A stretch of DNA of 64,000 bases from Minisyncoccota bacterium (GCA_041661005.1 JBAZVG010000001.1:6019-70018), one strand, 5' to 3'; positions 26,606-37,632 are shown, numbered from the stretch's first letter. Numbers and translations are program-made. Notes: generated by a model not told the origin, from the letters alone.

Positions 26606-29200
26606 ATGTCTTTATTTAGTAAAATATTTGGCAATGAGAGTTCAAAATTCATTGCAGATACAAAGAAAACATTAGCTGAAATCAACGTTTTAGAAGCGGA
26701 TATTTCGAGATTGGCGGACGAGGATTTTCCAAAGAAAACCCAAGAATTTAAGGATAGATTGGTAAAAGGAGAGACTTTAGATGACATATTGCCAGAGGCT
26801 TTTGCGCTCGTGCGAGAGGCGGCCAAAAGGAATTTGGGCGAGAGACATTATGACGTCCAATTGATCGGAGGACTTGCTCTTCATAATGGGAAAATTGCCG
26901 AGATGAGAACTGGTGAAGGAAAAACTTTAGTAGCAGTATTGCCGGCATATTTGAATGCGCTCACGGGCGAGGGTGTGCATATCGTCACGGTGAACGATTA
27001 TCTTTCTCGTATTGGTGCAGTCCTGATGGGGCAAGTTTATAATTTTTTAGGTTTAAGTGTTGGTGTAATCAATTCAAATAACGTTTCATATTTATATGAT
27101 GAGGAACATATTGGAAAGAAGGCTAAATCCAGCGAAGCTGGATCGCCCGACAATTCAGAAGAATTGTTTAGGGAAGATAAAGAGCGAGACACCATTGGAG
27201 AATTTAAAGTTGTTTATGATTTTCTGAAACCATGTTCAAGAAAAGATGCATATAAGGCGGATGTGACTTACGGCACAAATCATGAATACGGTTTCGATTA
27301 TCTGCGTGATAATCTAGCGACATCTGTAGAAAATTTAGTACAACGTGGACACAATTATGCAATCGTAGATGAAGTGGACTCTATTTTAATAGATGAAGCG
27401 CGTACTCCACTCATTATATCAAGCGCTTCGGGAGACTCTGGAGATTTTTATATTAAATTTTATCAAATTGCTAAACAGTTGAAGAGAGACACTGATTACG
27501 AAGTGGATGAAAAATTAAAAGCCATCACTTTAACCGATTCAGGTATAACTAAAGCTGAGCAACTTCTCGGAGTACAGAATATTTATACTGAAAAGGGTAT
27601 CAAATATGTCCATCACTTGGAAACAGCCGTGAAAGCGCAAGCTATTTTTGAAAAAGATAAAGACTATGTGGTAAAAGACGGAGAAGTTGTGATCGTAGAT
27701 CCTTTTACCGGCAGACTCCAGCCTGGCAGACGTTGGAGCGAGGGAATTCATCAAGCGATAGAAGCTAAAGAAGGCGTGAAAATAGAAAAAGAAACTCGTT
27801 CATCTGGCTCTATTACTTTTCAGAATTACTTCAGATTTTATAAAAAACTGTCTGGTATGACAGGCACAGCGGTTACCTCAGCAGAAGAATTTTTAAAAGT
27901 TTATGGCTTGGATGTTATTGTGATCCCGACCAATCGTCCCATTGTCCGCATAGATCATAACGATTTAATTTTCCAAACAGAAAAAGGCAAGTTTCAAGCG
28001 ATTGCGAAAAAAGTCAAAGAACTCAACATGAAAGGCGAGCCTGTGCTGATCGGAACTATTTCTATCGAAAAGAATGAGCTCCTGTCCGCGTATCTCAAAC
28101 AAGAAGGCGTGCCTCATGTGATTTTGAATGCAAAGAATCATGAAAAGGAAGGCGAGATAATCGCACAGGCTGGCAAACGCGGGGCGGTGACGATAGCTAC
28201 GAATATGGCTGGACGTGGAATTGATATCAAGCTCGGAGGTAATCCGATAATCAAACCAGAATATGAATTTGTAAAAAGCGTTGGCGGGCTTTTTGTTTTA
28301 GGTACTGAAAGACATGAGGCGAGAAGAATAGACAATCAGCTTCGGGGTCGCTCCGGCCGTCAGGGAGATCCGGGCGAGACGCAATTTTATGTTTCGCTCG
28401 AAGATGATTTAATGCGTGTGTTCGGTTCGGAAAAAATAAAAACAATGATGGGACGTTTTGGTATATCAGAAGATCAGCCGATTGAAAATCGTTTTATTGG
28501 GAAGACTCTTGAAGGAGCACAGGCGAAAATAGAAGGTTTTCATTTTGATGCGCGCAAAAATACTTTGGAATATGACGACGTGATGAATCATCAGCGTAAA
28601 ATTATTTACGAGAGACGTCAAAAGATGCTGAGGGCGGATCAGAATGGAATAGAAGAATTATTACAAAAGATTTCTGCAGGAAAAGAAGGTTTTGATAAAG
28701 TAATCGAAGAGAAAAGAAAAAAATTGGGCGACAAGGCGTTTTTGGAAGTTGTTCGCCGCATTGCTTTGTATACCACAGATGGTCTTTGGATGGAGCATTT
28801 AGAGGCGATGGATTATCTGCGGTCTTCCGTAAATTTGCGGGCTTATGGTCAAAGGGAACCTATCGTAGAATACAAAAAGGATGGACTCTTTATGTTTAAA
28901 GAGATGGAAAAAACATTTGAAGAACAAGCCTTTTCTTTAATTGGATCTATAAATACTGACACTGCAAATGTTCAAGCAGAAAAAAATGAACCACAACAAA
29001 CTTTAGTAGCAAGCCACACTGAACCCAGTGAACTTGGAGGAAAGAGAGATACATCGGCGCAAATTAGTGAAATGATAAATGTCGGACGCAATGATCCTTG
29101 TCCATGCGGGGCAATCAATCCAACAACTGGTGAAGTTTTTAAATACAAAAAATGCGGTCTCATAAATGCTCCACAGCATCGCAAGGCGTTGGTTAATTAA
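26606..29200 (+). CDS. secA: Preprotein translocase ATPase SecA
   Basis: 864 aa. DEAD-like motor (MRTGEGKTLVAVLPAYLNAL, IVDEVDSILIDEARTPLIIS) and C-terminal zinc finger CPCG...C. Confidence 0.92.
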   Translation: MSLFSKIFGNESSKFIADTKKTLAEINVLEADISRLADEDFPKKTQEFKDRLVKGETLDDILPEAFALVREAAKRNLGERHYDVQLIGGLALHNGKIAEMRTGEGKTLVAVLPAYLNALTGEGVHIVTVNDYLSRIGAVLMGQVYNFLGLSVGVINSNNVSYLYDEEHIGKKAKSSEAGSPDNSEELFREDKERDTIGEFKVVYDFLKPCSRKDAYKADVTYGTNHEYGFDYLRDNLATSVENLVQRGHNYAIVDEVDSILIDEARTPLIISSASGDSGDFYIKFYQIAKQLKRDTDYEVDEKLKAITLTDSGITKAEQLLGVQNIYTEKGIKYVHHLETAVKAQAIFEKDKDYVVKDGEVVIVDPFTGRLQPGRRWSEGIHQAIEAKEGVKIEKETRSSGSITFQNYFRFYKKLSGMTGTAVTSAEEFLKVYGLDVIVIPTNRPIVRIDHNDLIFQTEKGKFQAIAKKVKELNMKGEPVLIGTISIEKNELLSAYLKQEGVPHVILNAKNHEKEGEIIAQAGKRGAVTIATNMAGRGIDIKLGGNPIIKPEYEFVKSVGGLFVLGTERHEARRIDNQLRGRSGRQGDPGETQFYVSLEDDLMRVFGSEKIKTMMGRFGISEDQPIENRFIGKTLEGAQAKIEGFHFDARKNTLEYDDVMNHQRKIIYERRQKMLRADQNGIEELLQKISAGKEGFDKVIEEKRKKLGDKAFLEVVRRIALYTTDGLWMEHLEAMDYLRSSVNLRAYGQREPIVEYKKDGLFMFKEMEKTFEEQAFSLIGSINTDTANVQAEKNEPQQTLVASHTEPSELGGKRDTSAQISEMINVGRNDPCPCGAINPTTGEVFKYKKCGLINAPQHRKALVN

Positions 29201-29215
29201 AAATAAAAATTTTGT

Positions 29216-29548
29216 ATGATTACATATGAAGATTTTCAAAAAGTAGATATACGAGCGGGGGAAATATTAAAAGCAGAGGATTTCCCGGAGGCAAGAAAAC
29301 CGATGTATAAACTCGTGATAGATTTTGGCGCAGAAATTGGAATAAAAATGTCGGCTGGACAAATTACAAAAAATTACAAAAAAGAAGAGTTAGTTGGTAA
29401 AACTATTATCGGAGTAGTAAATTTTCCTCCGAAACATATCGGACCATTTATTTCTGAAGTGCTTACCTTGGGTTTGGTAGATGAAGAAGATGGGGTGGTT
29501 TTACTTTGCCCCACCAAAAAAGTGCCAAAAGGCGCGAGGATGATGTAG
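29216..29548 (+). CDS. csaA: tRNA-binding (EMAP/Trbp111-fold) protein, CsaA-like
   Basis: 110 aa. FQKVDIRAGEILKAE...KLVIDFG...GVVNFPPKHIGP matches the CsaA/MetG C-terminal-domain fold. Immediately downstream of secA. Confidence 0.7.
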   Translation: MITYEDFQKVDIRAGEILKAEDFPEARKPMYKLVIDFGAEIGIKMSAGQITKNYKKEELVGKTIIGVVNFPPKHIGPFISEVLTLGLVDEEDGVVLLCPTKKVPKGARMM

Positions 29549-29552
29549 TAAT

Positions 29553-30848
29553 ATGCGGGACAATAAAATGAAGAATCTACTTAGAAAATTAAAAATTAAA
29601 AGGCGAATTATTGCGCTCTTGGCGACCTTGCATTTCTTTGGTAATCCGTCGGCGAAATTAAAAATTGTGGGAGTGACGGGCACAAGTGGTAAAACAACGA
29701 CAGCTACGCTTTTGTATAGAATAGCCATAGATCTTGGTTATAAGGCTGGACTTATTAGCACAGTAGAGAATATTATAAATGGGAAAATCGTTGCGACATC
29801 GGACAACAGACCGATTCCTGGCACTACACCTGATCCGATAACTTTATATAAATTATTGAACAAGATGATGGATGAGGGCTGTGAATATGTTTTTATGGAA
29901 GTTTCTTCGCATTCACTCGACCAGAGACGAGTCGCAGGGATAAATTTTACCGGAGGAATTTTCACAAACTTGACTCAAGACCATTTTGATTATCATAAGA
30001 ATTTTGAGAATTATTTTGAGGCTAAAAAGAAATTTTTCAAGATGCTTCCCTCGCGAGCTTTTGCTTTGACGAATGCTGATGATAAGTATGGTGTGAAAAT
30101 GTTGGAGGGGATCAAGGCGAATCAGTTTTCTTATGGGTTCACTAAAGATTTTGATGAAGTGCATTTTCACGGCCAGATTCAGAAAGTAGATTTTAATGGT
30201 TTAGATTTACTTTTTAATAAAATCGAAATAAAGTCAAAGCTTGTCGGCAGATTTAATGCTTACAATTTACTAGCTGTGTGGAGTGCTTGCTCGCTTCTTG
30301 GTTTTGATATGGATAAGGTAAATAAAATAATAGAAAACATAGAGCCCCCACGGGGACGTTTTGAACATTTTACATCTGCAAATGGAGTTCTGGTTATAGT
30401 GGACTATGCTCACAAGCCAGATGCATTAGATAAAGTATTTGTGCCCATAAAAGATGTAATAGAAAAAAATAAAGCGATGGGCAAGCCGGGTAAAATAATC
30501 TCCGTTTTTGGATGCGGGGGAGACAGAGATCCATCAAAACGTCCAATCATGGGGAAAATTGGCGCGGAGAATTCTGACATAGCCATTTTCACTTCGGACA
30601 ATTCTAGAAGTGAAGATCCAAATAAAATAATTGAAGAAATGAAAACTGATTTATCTCCCGAAATGTTGGAAAAAGTAAAATCAATTACAGATAGACGTGA
30701 AGCGATAATTGAAGCAGTGAAATTAGCTAAAAATGGAGACGTCATTCTCTGTGCCGGCAAAGGCCATGAAGATTACCAGGAAATCAAAGGCGAGAAGCAT
30801 CATTTTGACGATATGGAGGAACTGAAAAAGGCATATGAAAGACTTTAA
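29553..30848 (+). CDS. murE: UDP-MurNAc-L-Ala-D-Glu--diamino acid ligase (MurE-type Mur ligase)
   Basis: GVTGTSGKTTTA P-loop. The DNSRSEDP motif aligns to MurE DNPR(S)E(D)P. Confidence 0.7.
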   Translation: MRDNKMKNLLRKLKIKRRIIALLATLHFFGNPSAKLKIVGVTGTSGKTTTATLLYRIAIDLGYKAGLISTVENIINGKIVATSDNRPIPGTTPDPITLYKLLNKMMDEGCEYVFMEVSSHSLDQRRVAGINFTGGIFTNLTQDHFDYHKNFENYFEAKKKFFKMLPSRAFALTNADDKYGVKMLEGIKANQFSYGFTKDFDEVHFHGQIQKVDFNGLDLLFNKIEIKSKLVGRFNAYNLLAVWSACSLLGFDMDKVNKIIENIEPPRGRFEHFTSANGVLVIVDYAHKPDALDKVFVPIKDVIEKNKAMGKPGKIISVFGCGGDRDPSKRPIMGKIGAENSDIAIFTSDNSRSEDPNKIIEEMKTDLSPEMLEKVKSITDRREAIIEAVKLAKNGDVILCAGKGHEDYQEIKGEKHHFDDMEELKKAYERL

Positions 30849-32211
30849 GCAATTTTTTAAAGATAAAAAGGTGACGGTGATGGGCCTTGGGCTTCTAGGC
30901 AAGCGCTTGGGCGACATTGCTTTTCTGGTTGAATGCGGAGCGAAGGTTTTGGTAACGGATTTAAAAACTGCAGAAGAACTGGCGCCGTCAATAAAAAAGC
31001 TCCGAAAATATAACCTGCCTCGACTAGGCAAGGCGGGAAATATACAATATGTGTTGGGCGGACATCGATTGGAAGATTTTGAAGATAAAGATTTTATTTT
31101 AAAGGGGCAGGGGGTGGCGCTTGACTCCCCGTATATTTTGCACGCCAGAAGCAGAGGCATACCGATAGAGATGGATGAGTCTTTATTTGCGAAACTTGCT
31201 CCGAAAGTAAAGATAATTGGAATTACTGGAACTCGCGGTAAAAGCACCACGACTATTCTCATTTATGAAATTCTATCTGCCTTCGCTAAAGCTTCGGCAA
31301 GACAAAGAAAGTTTGGGAATGTATATCTTGGTGGAAATATTAGAGGCACAGCTGCTTTACCACTTTTGAAAAAAGTAAAAGATGGTGATTTTGTTGTCTT
31401 TGAGCTTTCTTCATGGCAATTGCAGGGTTTTGGTGAAGCTCTTATTTCTCCACACATCTCTGTATTTACTAATTTCATGTCTGATCACATGAACTATTAT
31501 GGTTCGACTACGCTCACCACAGGCAAAGCAATGGAAAGATATTTTGCCGATAAAGCTTACATTTATAAATTTCAAAATGAAAACGATTTTCTTATTTTAG
31601 GTCCCAATATGAAAGATAAGATCGAGGACGCTAAAAGCAGAACCATCAATGCTGATATCAGCACCATCCCTGTGAATTGGAAAATAAAATTACCAGGGAA
31701 ACACAATTTAGAAAATATCGCCTGCGCTTTGGAAGTTGCAAAGTTATTAGAGATTCCAGAAAAGATTGTAAAAAAAGTGATAGAGAATTTCAAAGCCATA
31801 GAGGGCAGACTCGAATTGGTTAAAGACATAAGAGGGATAAAAATTTATAACGATACTAATTCCACAACTCCAGAGGCCACTATTACTGCTCTTTATTCTT
31901 TTGGCACGAAAGTAATCCTCATCATGGGTGGCATGGACAAAGGCTTGGGGGTTAGTGATTTGAATGAAGTTTTGCCGGATAAAACTAAAAATATCTTTCT
32001 AATTCCCGGTTCCGGAAGCGATAAAATAAATAATCCAAAAATAAAAATAGAAAAAGTGGCAAGTCTAGAAGAGGCAATCTCTAGCGCCATGAAAATAGCG
32101 AAAAGAGGAGATGTGATACTTTTCAGCCCAAGTTTTGCGTCTTTCAATATGTTTAAAAACGAATATGACAGAGGGGAGAAATTTATGCAGATAGTGAAGA
32201 ATCTGAAATGA
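30835..32211 (+). CDS. murD: UDP-N-acetylmuramoylalanine--D-glutamate ligase
   Basis: N-terminal VTVMGLGLLGKRLGDIAFLVECGAKVLVTD (MurD Rossmann), GITGTRGKSTT, and GGNIRG (MurD GGNIG). Confidence 0.75.
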   Translation: MKDFKQFFKDKKVTVMGLGLLGKRLGDIAFLVECGAKVLVTDLKTAEELAPSIKKLRKYNLPRLGKAGNIQYVLGGHRLEDFEDKDFILKGQGVALDSPYILHARSRGIPIEMDESLFAKLAPKVKIIGITGTRGKSTTTILIYEILSAFAKASARQRKFGNVYLGGNIRGTAALPLLKKVKDGDFVVFELSSWQLQGFGEALISPHISVFTNFMSDHMNYYGSTTLTTGKAMERYFADKAYIYKFQNENDFLILGPNMKDKIEDAKSRTINADISTIPVNWKIKLPGKHNLENIACALEVAKLLEIPEKIVKKVIENFKAIEGRLELVKDIRGIKIYNDTNSTTPEATITALYSFGTKVILIMGGMDKGLGVSDLNEVLPDKTKNIFLIPGSGSDKINNPKIKIEKVASLEEAISSAMKIAKRGDVILFSPSFASFNMFKNEYDRGEKFMQIVKNLK

Positions 32212-33031
32212 TTTCTACTTCATGTTTGCCAAACCATTTTTTGACCAATTTAGTCACATTTTGAGTTTTGTCTGTAACTAAAATTTTAACGCTTTTATTT
32301 TTGGATAGTTTTTCGGTAATTTCTAGGTGACGAGTGAGATATTCTTTAAACTTTCTGGGAATTACCTCATCTTGAGAAATAATTTTCACGTTTTTCGGTA
32401 TTAATTTTTTAATTTCTTTTTTCAATATAGGGTAATGTGTGCATCCCAAGACCAAGCTATCTAGGTTTTTCTTTAGTAGTGGTTTTAAATACTTTAAAAG
32501 AAACGGCGTCGAAAGTTTGTTTTCTCCTTCTTCAATGATAGACACCAAGACGGGAGCAGGATTTTGAAAAACTTTTATTTTTTTATTCAGTTTTTTTATT
32601 TCTATCGGGAATGTGTTTGAAGCTACAGTTCCAAGAGTTGCCAGCACGCCGACTCTTTGATATAGAGATGCTGTTTCAGCAGCTGGAATTAAGACGCCGA
32701 GGACTTTTCTGTCTGGATAATTTTTTGGCCTGCCTCGCCTAATGCGATTCAAGGCGGGCAAATATTTTTGTTGGATTTCGCGTAATGCTCTGGCGCTAGC
32801 TGTGTTGCAGGCGATGATGACAATGGCGCAATTTTCTTTACGAAAAAGGTGATCTACAGCCCGTTTTGTAAATTCATACACTGCGTCATGCGATTTGTTG
32901 CCGTAAGGCACCCTTTTTGTGTCTCCAAAATAAACATAGTCGTATTCTGGCATCATTTTATGTATTGCTTTGGCGACAATAAGCCCACCTAGCCCTGAAT
33001 CGAAAATTCCAATTTTCATCTTTTGCGTCAT
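32183..33031 (-). CDS. murI: Glutamate racemase
   Basis: IGIFDSGLGGLIV, PYGNKS, IIACNTAS, LGCTHYP. Confidence 0.85.
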   Translation of the reverse strand: MTQKMKIGIFDSGLGGLIVAKAIHKMMPEYDYVYFGDTKRVPYGNKSHDAVYEFTKRAVDHLFRKENCAIVIIACNTASARALREIQQKYLPALNRIRRGRPKNYPDRKVLGVLIPAAETASLYQRVGVLATLGTVASNTFPIEIKKLNKKIKVFQNPAPVLVSIIEEGENKLSTPFLLKYLKPLLKKNLDSLVLGCTHYPILKKEIKKLIPKNVKIISQDEVIPRKFKEYLTRHLEITEKLSKNKSVKILVTDKTQNVTKLVKKWFGKHEVEIISDSSLSA

Positions 33032-33084
33032 TTTTGCATTCTAACATATTAGAGATTTATGGTATATTAAACTTTAATTAACCC

Positions 33085-34365
33085 ATGCAATTAGATTTAT
33101 CCCTCGGTCGTAGCCGTACGGGCGAGGCAAAAATTAAAAAAGTATTCTTTATTGGTATTGGCGGTATCGGTATTTCGGCTTTAGCCAAGATGGCTATTTC
33201 ACGTGGAATATATGTGTCCGGGGTAAATGACGAAGAAAGTCCGAAAACTCTTGACTCACTCCATGAAGTAGGTGCAGAGATTATTTTTCAAAAAGATTTG
33301 AAAAAATTACCGGAAGCTGATCTATATATTTACAGCGATGCTTGGATATATCGAGGGCCTGAAATATTACAAAGCGCAAAAAATACAGGTAAACCCGTTT
33401 TGTCTTATTTTGAAGCGCTTGGACAATTTGCAAAAGAATACAAAGTCATAGCTATCGCCGGCACTCATGGCAAGACGACGACTACCAGCATGGTCGCAGA
33501 AGTTATGGTGGAGGCTGGTCTTGACCCCACAGTAATAGTCGGAAGTTTTGTTAAAAAGTTTGATTCTAATTTCCGAAAAGGGAATGGTGAATATCTAGTG
33601 GTGGAAGCGGATGAATACAACAGGCATTTCTTAAACTTTAATCCATTCATCGGGGTTGTCACAAACATTGAAGCTGATCATTTGGATTGTTATAAAGATT
33701 TGGTAGACATAAAAGGAGCTTTTGATAAATTTCTTTCTCAATGTGAAAATAAGATTGTGGATTACGGTAAATATTTAGAAAAAGTTCCGAAGCTTTCTGT
33801 GCCCGGGTCGCATAATAGAATGAACGCTGCTGCGGCGTTGGCGGTTGCAGACATTTTAAAGATTCATGAGGATGTTGCCAAAAAAGCATTATCAGAATTT
33901 GGTGGCACTTGGCGTAGACTTGAGAAAAAAGGGGAGACAAAAGATGGTGTGATTGTTTACGATGACTATGCCCATCATCCGACAGAGATAAAAGCCAGTC
34001 TCCAGGCATTACGAGAGCTTTATCCTGAACATGGCGAAAGGCAGAAGAAAATAACAGTTGTGTTTCAACCTCATTTATATAGTCGAACCAAAGCTTTGTT
34101 CGATGATTTTGCTAAAAGTTTCGGGCAAGCAGACAAAATATTGCTTTTACCCATTTATTTTGCCCGAGAAGACAAAGATGAAAGTATCTCAAGCGAAAAA
34201 CTTTCTGAAGCTATCAAAAAGGAAGGGGGTGATGCGCGAGCTTTTGCTGACTTTAAATCAGCTGAAAAAGCTGTCTCTGCTTTGGGTTTGGGATCCGATG
34301 ATGTGTTTGTAACCATGGGGGCGGGGGAAGCTTATAAAGTGGCTGAAAAAGTATTCGGAATGTAG
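33085..34365 (+). CDS. murC: UDP-N-acetylmuramate--L-alanine ligase
   Basis: FFIGIGGIGISALA, IAIAGTHGKTTTTSM, GSHNRMNAAAALAVA. Confidence 0.85.
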   Translation: MQLDLSLGRSRTGEAKIKKVFFIGIGGIGISALAKMAISRGIYVSGVNDEESPKTLDSLHEVGAEIIFQKDLKKLPEADLYIYSDAWIYRGPEILQSAKNTGKPVLSYFEALGQFAKEYKVIAIAGTHGKTTTTSMVAEVMVEAGLDPTVIVGSFVKKFDSNFRKGNGEYLVVEADEYNRHFLNFNPFIGVVTNIEADHLDCYKDLVDIKGAFDKFLSQCENKIVDYGKYLEKVPKLSVPGSHNRMNAAAALAVADILKIHEDVAKKALSEFGGTWRRLEKKGETKDGVIVYDDYAHHPTEIKASLQALRELYPEHGERQKKITVVFQPHLYSRTKALFDDFAKSFGQADKILLLPIYFAREDKDESISSEKLSEAIKKEGGDARAFADFKSAEKAVSALGLGSDDVFVTMGAGEAYKVAEKVFGM

Positions 34366-34713
34366 CAAAATTTAGGAAAATTCTTTCTTGATATAGTTTT
34401 ATCTAGACACGACATAATTTTCTGCTGAAAATTTGCTATGCTCGGCTCGACAGCCTGCGCAATGTCTATCTAAAACTACACCTGCAACAAATTTTCCTAA
34501 ATTTTACTATTTTTAACCTTATTTGTCAATATGCCTATGTCAAAATATCCTTATTTTATAAGGTTTTTTCTGTTTGACATACTGTGAAAGTATTGTATAA
34601 CTATTGACATTTAAACCGGATTATGCTATCATTAAAGTGTATCCTTATTATATAGGCCAGATGACTTATCTGCCTTATTAAATAAGGGTTTTTTAGTTTT
34701 TAGCCCAAATTAT

Positions 34714-35331
34714 ATGAAAAATAAAACATTAATAAGATTCGTAGAATCATTTATTCTTTTGCCAGTTATGACAATGTCTGGAGCGTCTGTGGGGCCCATC
34801 TCACAAGCAGTTATTGACGTTGTTAATACTCCATCGTCTTTATTGTCACAAAAACAAAGCATTGAGGCTTCTGATCTTTTAGCTCTTAACCAAGCTATTG
34901 ATCAAAAGAATAAGGCAGACGCTATCGATACATATTTCGAAGCGCGCAGTATGCCACTTAAAGGTACAGGCATGAAGATGGTTCTGGAGGCAGAAAAAAA
35001 TGAACTTGACTGGCGCTTATTGCCGGCGATAGCTATCCGAGAATCAACTGGAGGTAAATTTGCTTGTAAAAAAGTAACGTATAATTCCTTTGGATGGGGT
35101 TCTTGTAAGATTGGCTTCGATTCAAATGAAAAAGCGATTGAAATAGTGGCTCGCAATTTGGGTGGTAACAATCCGAATACTGATCATCATTATGCCGGAA
35201 AGACTACGAAACAGATATTACAGAAATATAATCCTCCTTCCGTTGTACCTCGTTATGCAGAACAAGTGATGTCTATAATGGATGACATTGGCAAGATAGA
35301 TGAAATAGTAATCCCTAACGCAACTACATAA
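34714..35331 (+). CDS. Secreted hypothetical protein (possible cell-wall hydrolase-like)
   Basis: Signal peptide; AIAIRESTGGKF segment. Weak evidence. Confidence 0.3.
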   Translation: MKNKTLIRFVESFILLPVMTMSGASVGPISQAVIDVVNTPSSLLSQKQSIEASDLLALNQAIDQKNKADAIDTYFEARSMPLKGTGMKMVLEAEKNELDWRLLPAIAIRESTGGKFACKKVTYNSFGWGSCKIGFDSNEKAIEIVARNLGGNNPNTDHHYAGKTTKQILQKYNPPSVVPRYAEQVMSIMDDIGKIDEIVIPNATT

Positions 35332-35333
35332 CA

Positions 35334-35368
35334 AAAAATCCTCCGACTCGGGTCGGAGGATTTTTTGT
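35334..35368. terminator. Bidirectional rho-independent terminator between convergent genes
   Basis: aaaaaatcctccgac-tcgg-gtcggaggatttttt, a perfect 11-bp stem with A/T runs on both sides. Confidence 0.6.
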
Positions 35369-35387
35369 TGCTTCTTTTTTATTTTCT

Positions 35388-36482
35388 TTATTCTAGATAA
35401 ACCAGAGTCATTTTTTGATCTTTTGGTTCAAAGAGGGTGATTTGGAAATTGTAATTTTTACCGAGTTCTAATTTTTCGCGCAGTTTACTTTCTGATGCAA
35501 AAGTGGAATTATGCACCAGTCCAGCAACGCCTTCTTTGATGGAGACGAGCGCGCCATGCTTGTTGTATTTTATAACTACTCCTTTGATAATATCTCCCTT
35601 TTTTAATTTGCCTTCAAATTCTTTCCAAGGATTTTCCTTGAGGGCTTTTATAGAAAGAGATATTTTACTGTCTTTGATTTCTATCACTCGTGCGCGGATT
35701 TTTTCTCCCACTTTAAACATTGAGCGGGGATTTTCTACGAGCCCCCAATCGAGTTCAGATATATGAACTAGGCCTTCTAATCCATCTTCAAGCTTTACGA
35801 ATACTCCAAAATCAACTAATCCTGCTACGGTGCAGTCCAAGTCCTCTCCAACATGATATTTGCTCAAGATTTCTTTTTTCTCTTCAGGATTATTGTCTTT
35901 TTCGGAGAATATCAGTTTTCCTTCTTTCGGTAGTGTTGAAATAATCATCACAGAGATCTGTTGTCCAACCAATTTTTTCAGCTCTTTCAATATTTTATCT
36001 TTATCAGAATCAAGCACGCGAGGATAATGGTCAGCTTTGAGTTGGGATGCGGGCAAGAATCCTTGTATGCCCTGCCATTCCAAGATTAACCCTCCCTTGT
36101 TTGCATCTTTTATTTCTAAACTCATCACTGTCTTTTCTTTTATCGCCTTTTCGGCTTCGTTCCATGTGAGTGCTTGCTTGGCTTCTTTTAAAGAAAGTTC
36201 TATATAGCCATCATTATTTTCCATATCGACAACCTTTGCTTTGATGATATCGCCGATACTTATTTTTTTGATTATATCTTTTGCGTTGATAAATTCTCGG
36301 CCATAAATGATACCCGTCCCGTATGGCGCGAGGTCAACATATACGGATGATTTTTCTACGCCGATGACTGCTCCTTCTACCAGAGAATCAACTTCTGGTT
36401 TATTTACACTACGAGAGACGATAGAACTCAGAACTGGATTTGCGTCTACTATTACTGTTTCTTCTTTGATTGCTTTAACCAT
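35388..36482 (-). CDS. rpsA: Ribosomal protein S1-like (four S1 domains)
   Basis: Repeated S1 OB-fold signatures: GDIIKAKVVDMENNDGYIELSLKEA, GKLIFSEKD, GDIIKGVVIKYNKHGALVSI. Confidence 0.7.
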   Translation of the reverse strand: MVKAIKEETVIVDANPVLSSIVSRSVNKPEVDSLVEGAVIGVEKSSVYVDLAPYGTGIIYGREFINAKDIIKKISIGDIIKAKVVDMENNDGYIELSLKEAKQALTWNEAEKAIKEKTVMSLEIKDANKGGLILEWQGIQGFLPASQLKADHYPRVLDSDKDKILKELKKLVGQQISVMIISTLPKEGKLIFSEKDNNPEEKKEILSKYHVGEDLDCTVAGLVDFGVFVKLEDGLEGLVHISELDWGLVENPRSMFKVGEKIRARVIEIKDSKISLSIKALKENPWKEFEGKLKKGDIIKGVVIKYNKHGALVSIKEGVAGLVHNSTFASESKLREKLELGKNYNFQITLFEPKDQKMTLVYLE

Positions 36483-36681
36483 AAAATTTGTGTCTAAAAT
36501 TAAAAATCCGCCTAAAGCGGATATAAGGCTTAGGTTCTAATTCGGCTGATGCCTTACTAGGGTTACCCTAAAATCCATGCTTTTAATGTATTAATTTCAT
36601 ATTACTATAAATCTTTTAAAATGCAAGACCTCATCAGGTTTTTATTTTCTTTTTTCATCAAAATATGTTAGAATAGAGCTA

Positions 36682-37341
36682 ATGATAATCACATATTTCG
36701 GCAAACAATTTTTTAAGATCCAACAAGGGGAGATAGTTTTATCTTTTAATCCTGTCAGTAAAAGCTCAAAGACAGGTATAAATGCTCATTTTGGCGCTGA
36801 TATTGCCCTTGTCACTACCAACCATCCTGATTACAATGGGCTTGAACAGCTTTCCCATGGGGAGCGAGTGCCTTTTGCGATCACCGGCCCGGGGGATTAT
36901 GAGGTTAAGAAAATTTTTATCAAAGGAGTGCTGTCTGATGCGCTTATCGCCGACCCGCGCTCCGCCAAAGGCTCTGGCGAGGCGAGCAAAAAATATATCA
37001 ATACAATTTATATATTGTCGGTAGATAATATCAATATCGTATTTCTTGGCGCGTTGTCAAATTCTGAAATCTCAAAGGAGGCGCACGAAGCGATAAATAG
37101 TCCGGACATTCTTTTTGTTCCAGTCGGAGGCAAGGGGCTCTTAGATGCTAAGTCGGCTGCAAAATTAGCATCTACTTTCGAGCCCAAGATGATCATACCG
37201 ATGGATTACGATGATGCATCTCTGAAAGCATTTCTGAAAGAAACAGGAGAAGAAAAAGCCGAAGTAGTCGAAAAGTTGACGCTTAAACTGAAAGATTTAG
37301 AAAATAAAGAAGGGGAAGTGGTTGTTTTAAAAGCTATATGA
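36682..37341 (+). CDS. MBL-fold metal-dependent hydrolase (UPF0173-like)
   Basis: MIITYFGKQFFKIQQGEIVLSFNP...ALVTTNHPDY pattern. Confidence 0.55.
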   Translation: MIITYFGKQFFKIQQGEIVLSFNPVSKSSKTGINAHFGADIALVTTNHPDYNGLEQLSHGERVPFAITGPGDYEVKKIFIKGVLSDALIADPRSAKGSGEASKKYINTIYILSVDNINIVFLGALSNSEISKEAHEAINSPDILFVPVGGKGLLDAKSAAKLASTFEPKMIIPMDYDDASLKAFLKETGEEKAEVVEKLTLKLKDLENKEGEVVVLKAI

Positions 37342-37383
37342 CCCATTCAATGGAATTCAGGGTCATGGTGATACAATAGAACC

Positions 37384-37632
37384 ATGAAAAGAATTATTCA
37401 TCACATCAGACGCCAGCCCGAGAAAGTTCGAATACATATTTTACATGTATCGACTGTTGTCTGCGCTATCATCTTGTTGTTTCTTTGGGTTTATTCTCTA
37501 GGAACGAGCTTGGCCAGTCCTGACACTCAGGTCAAAGTGAGCAATGACTTGAAACCATTTTCTGCGCTTAGAGACAATCTGATTGGCGGATATAAAAGTA
37601 TTTCAGAGTCCGATAAAGCTATAACGGAATAA
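37384..37632 (+). CDS. Small membrane protein
   Basis: 82 aa, one TM. Confidence 0.3.
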   Translation: MKRIIHHIRRQPEKVRIHILHVSTVVCAIILLFLWVYSLGTSLASPDTQVKVSNDLKPFSALRDNLIGGYKSISESDKAITE

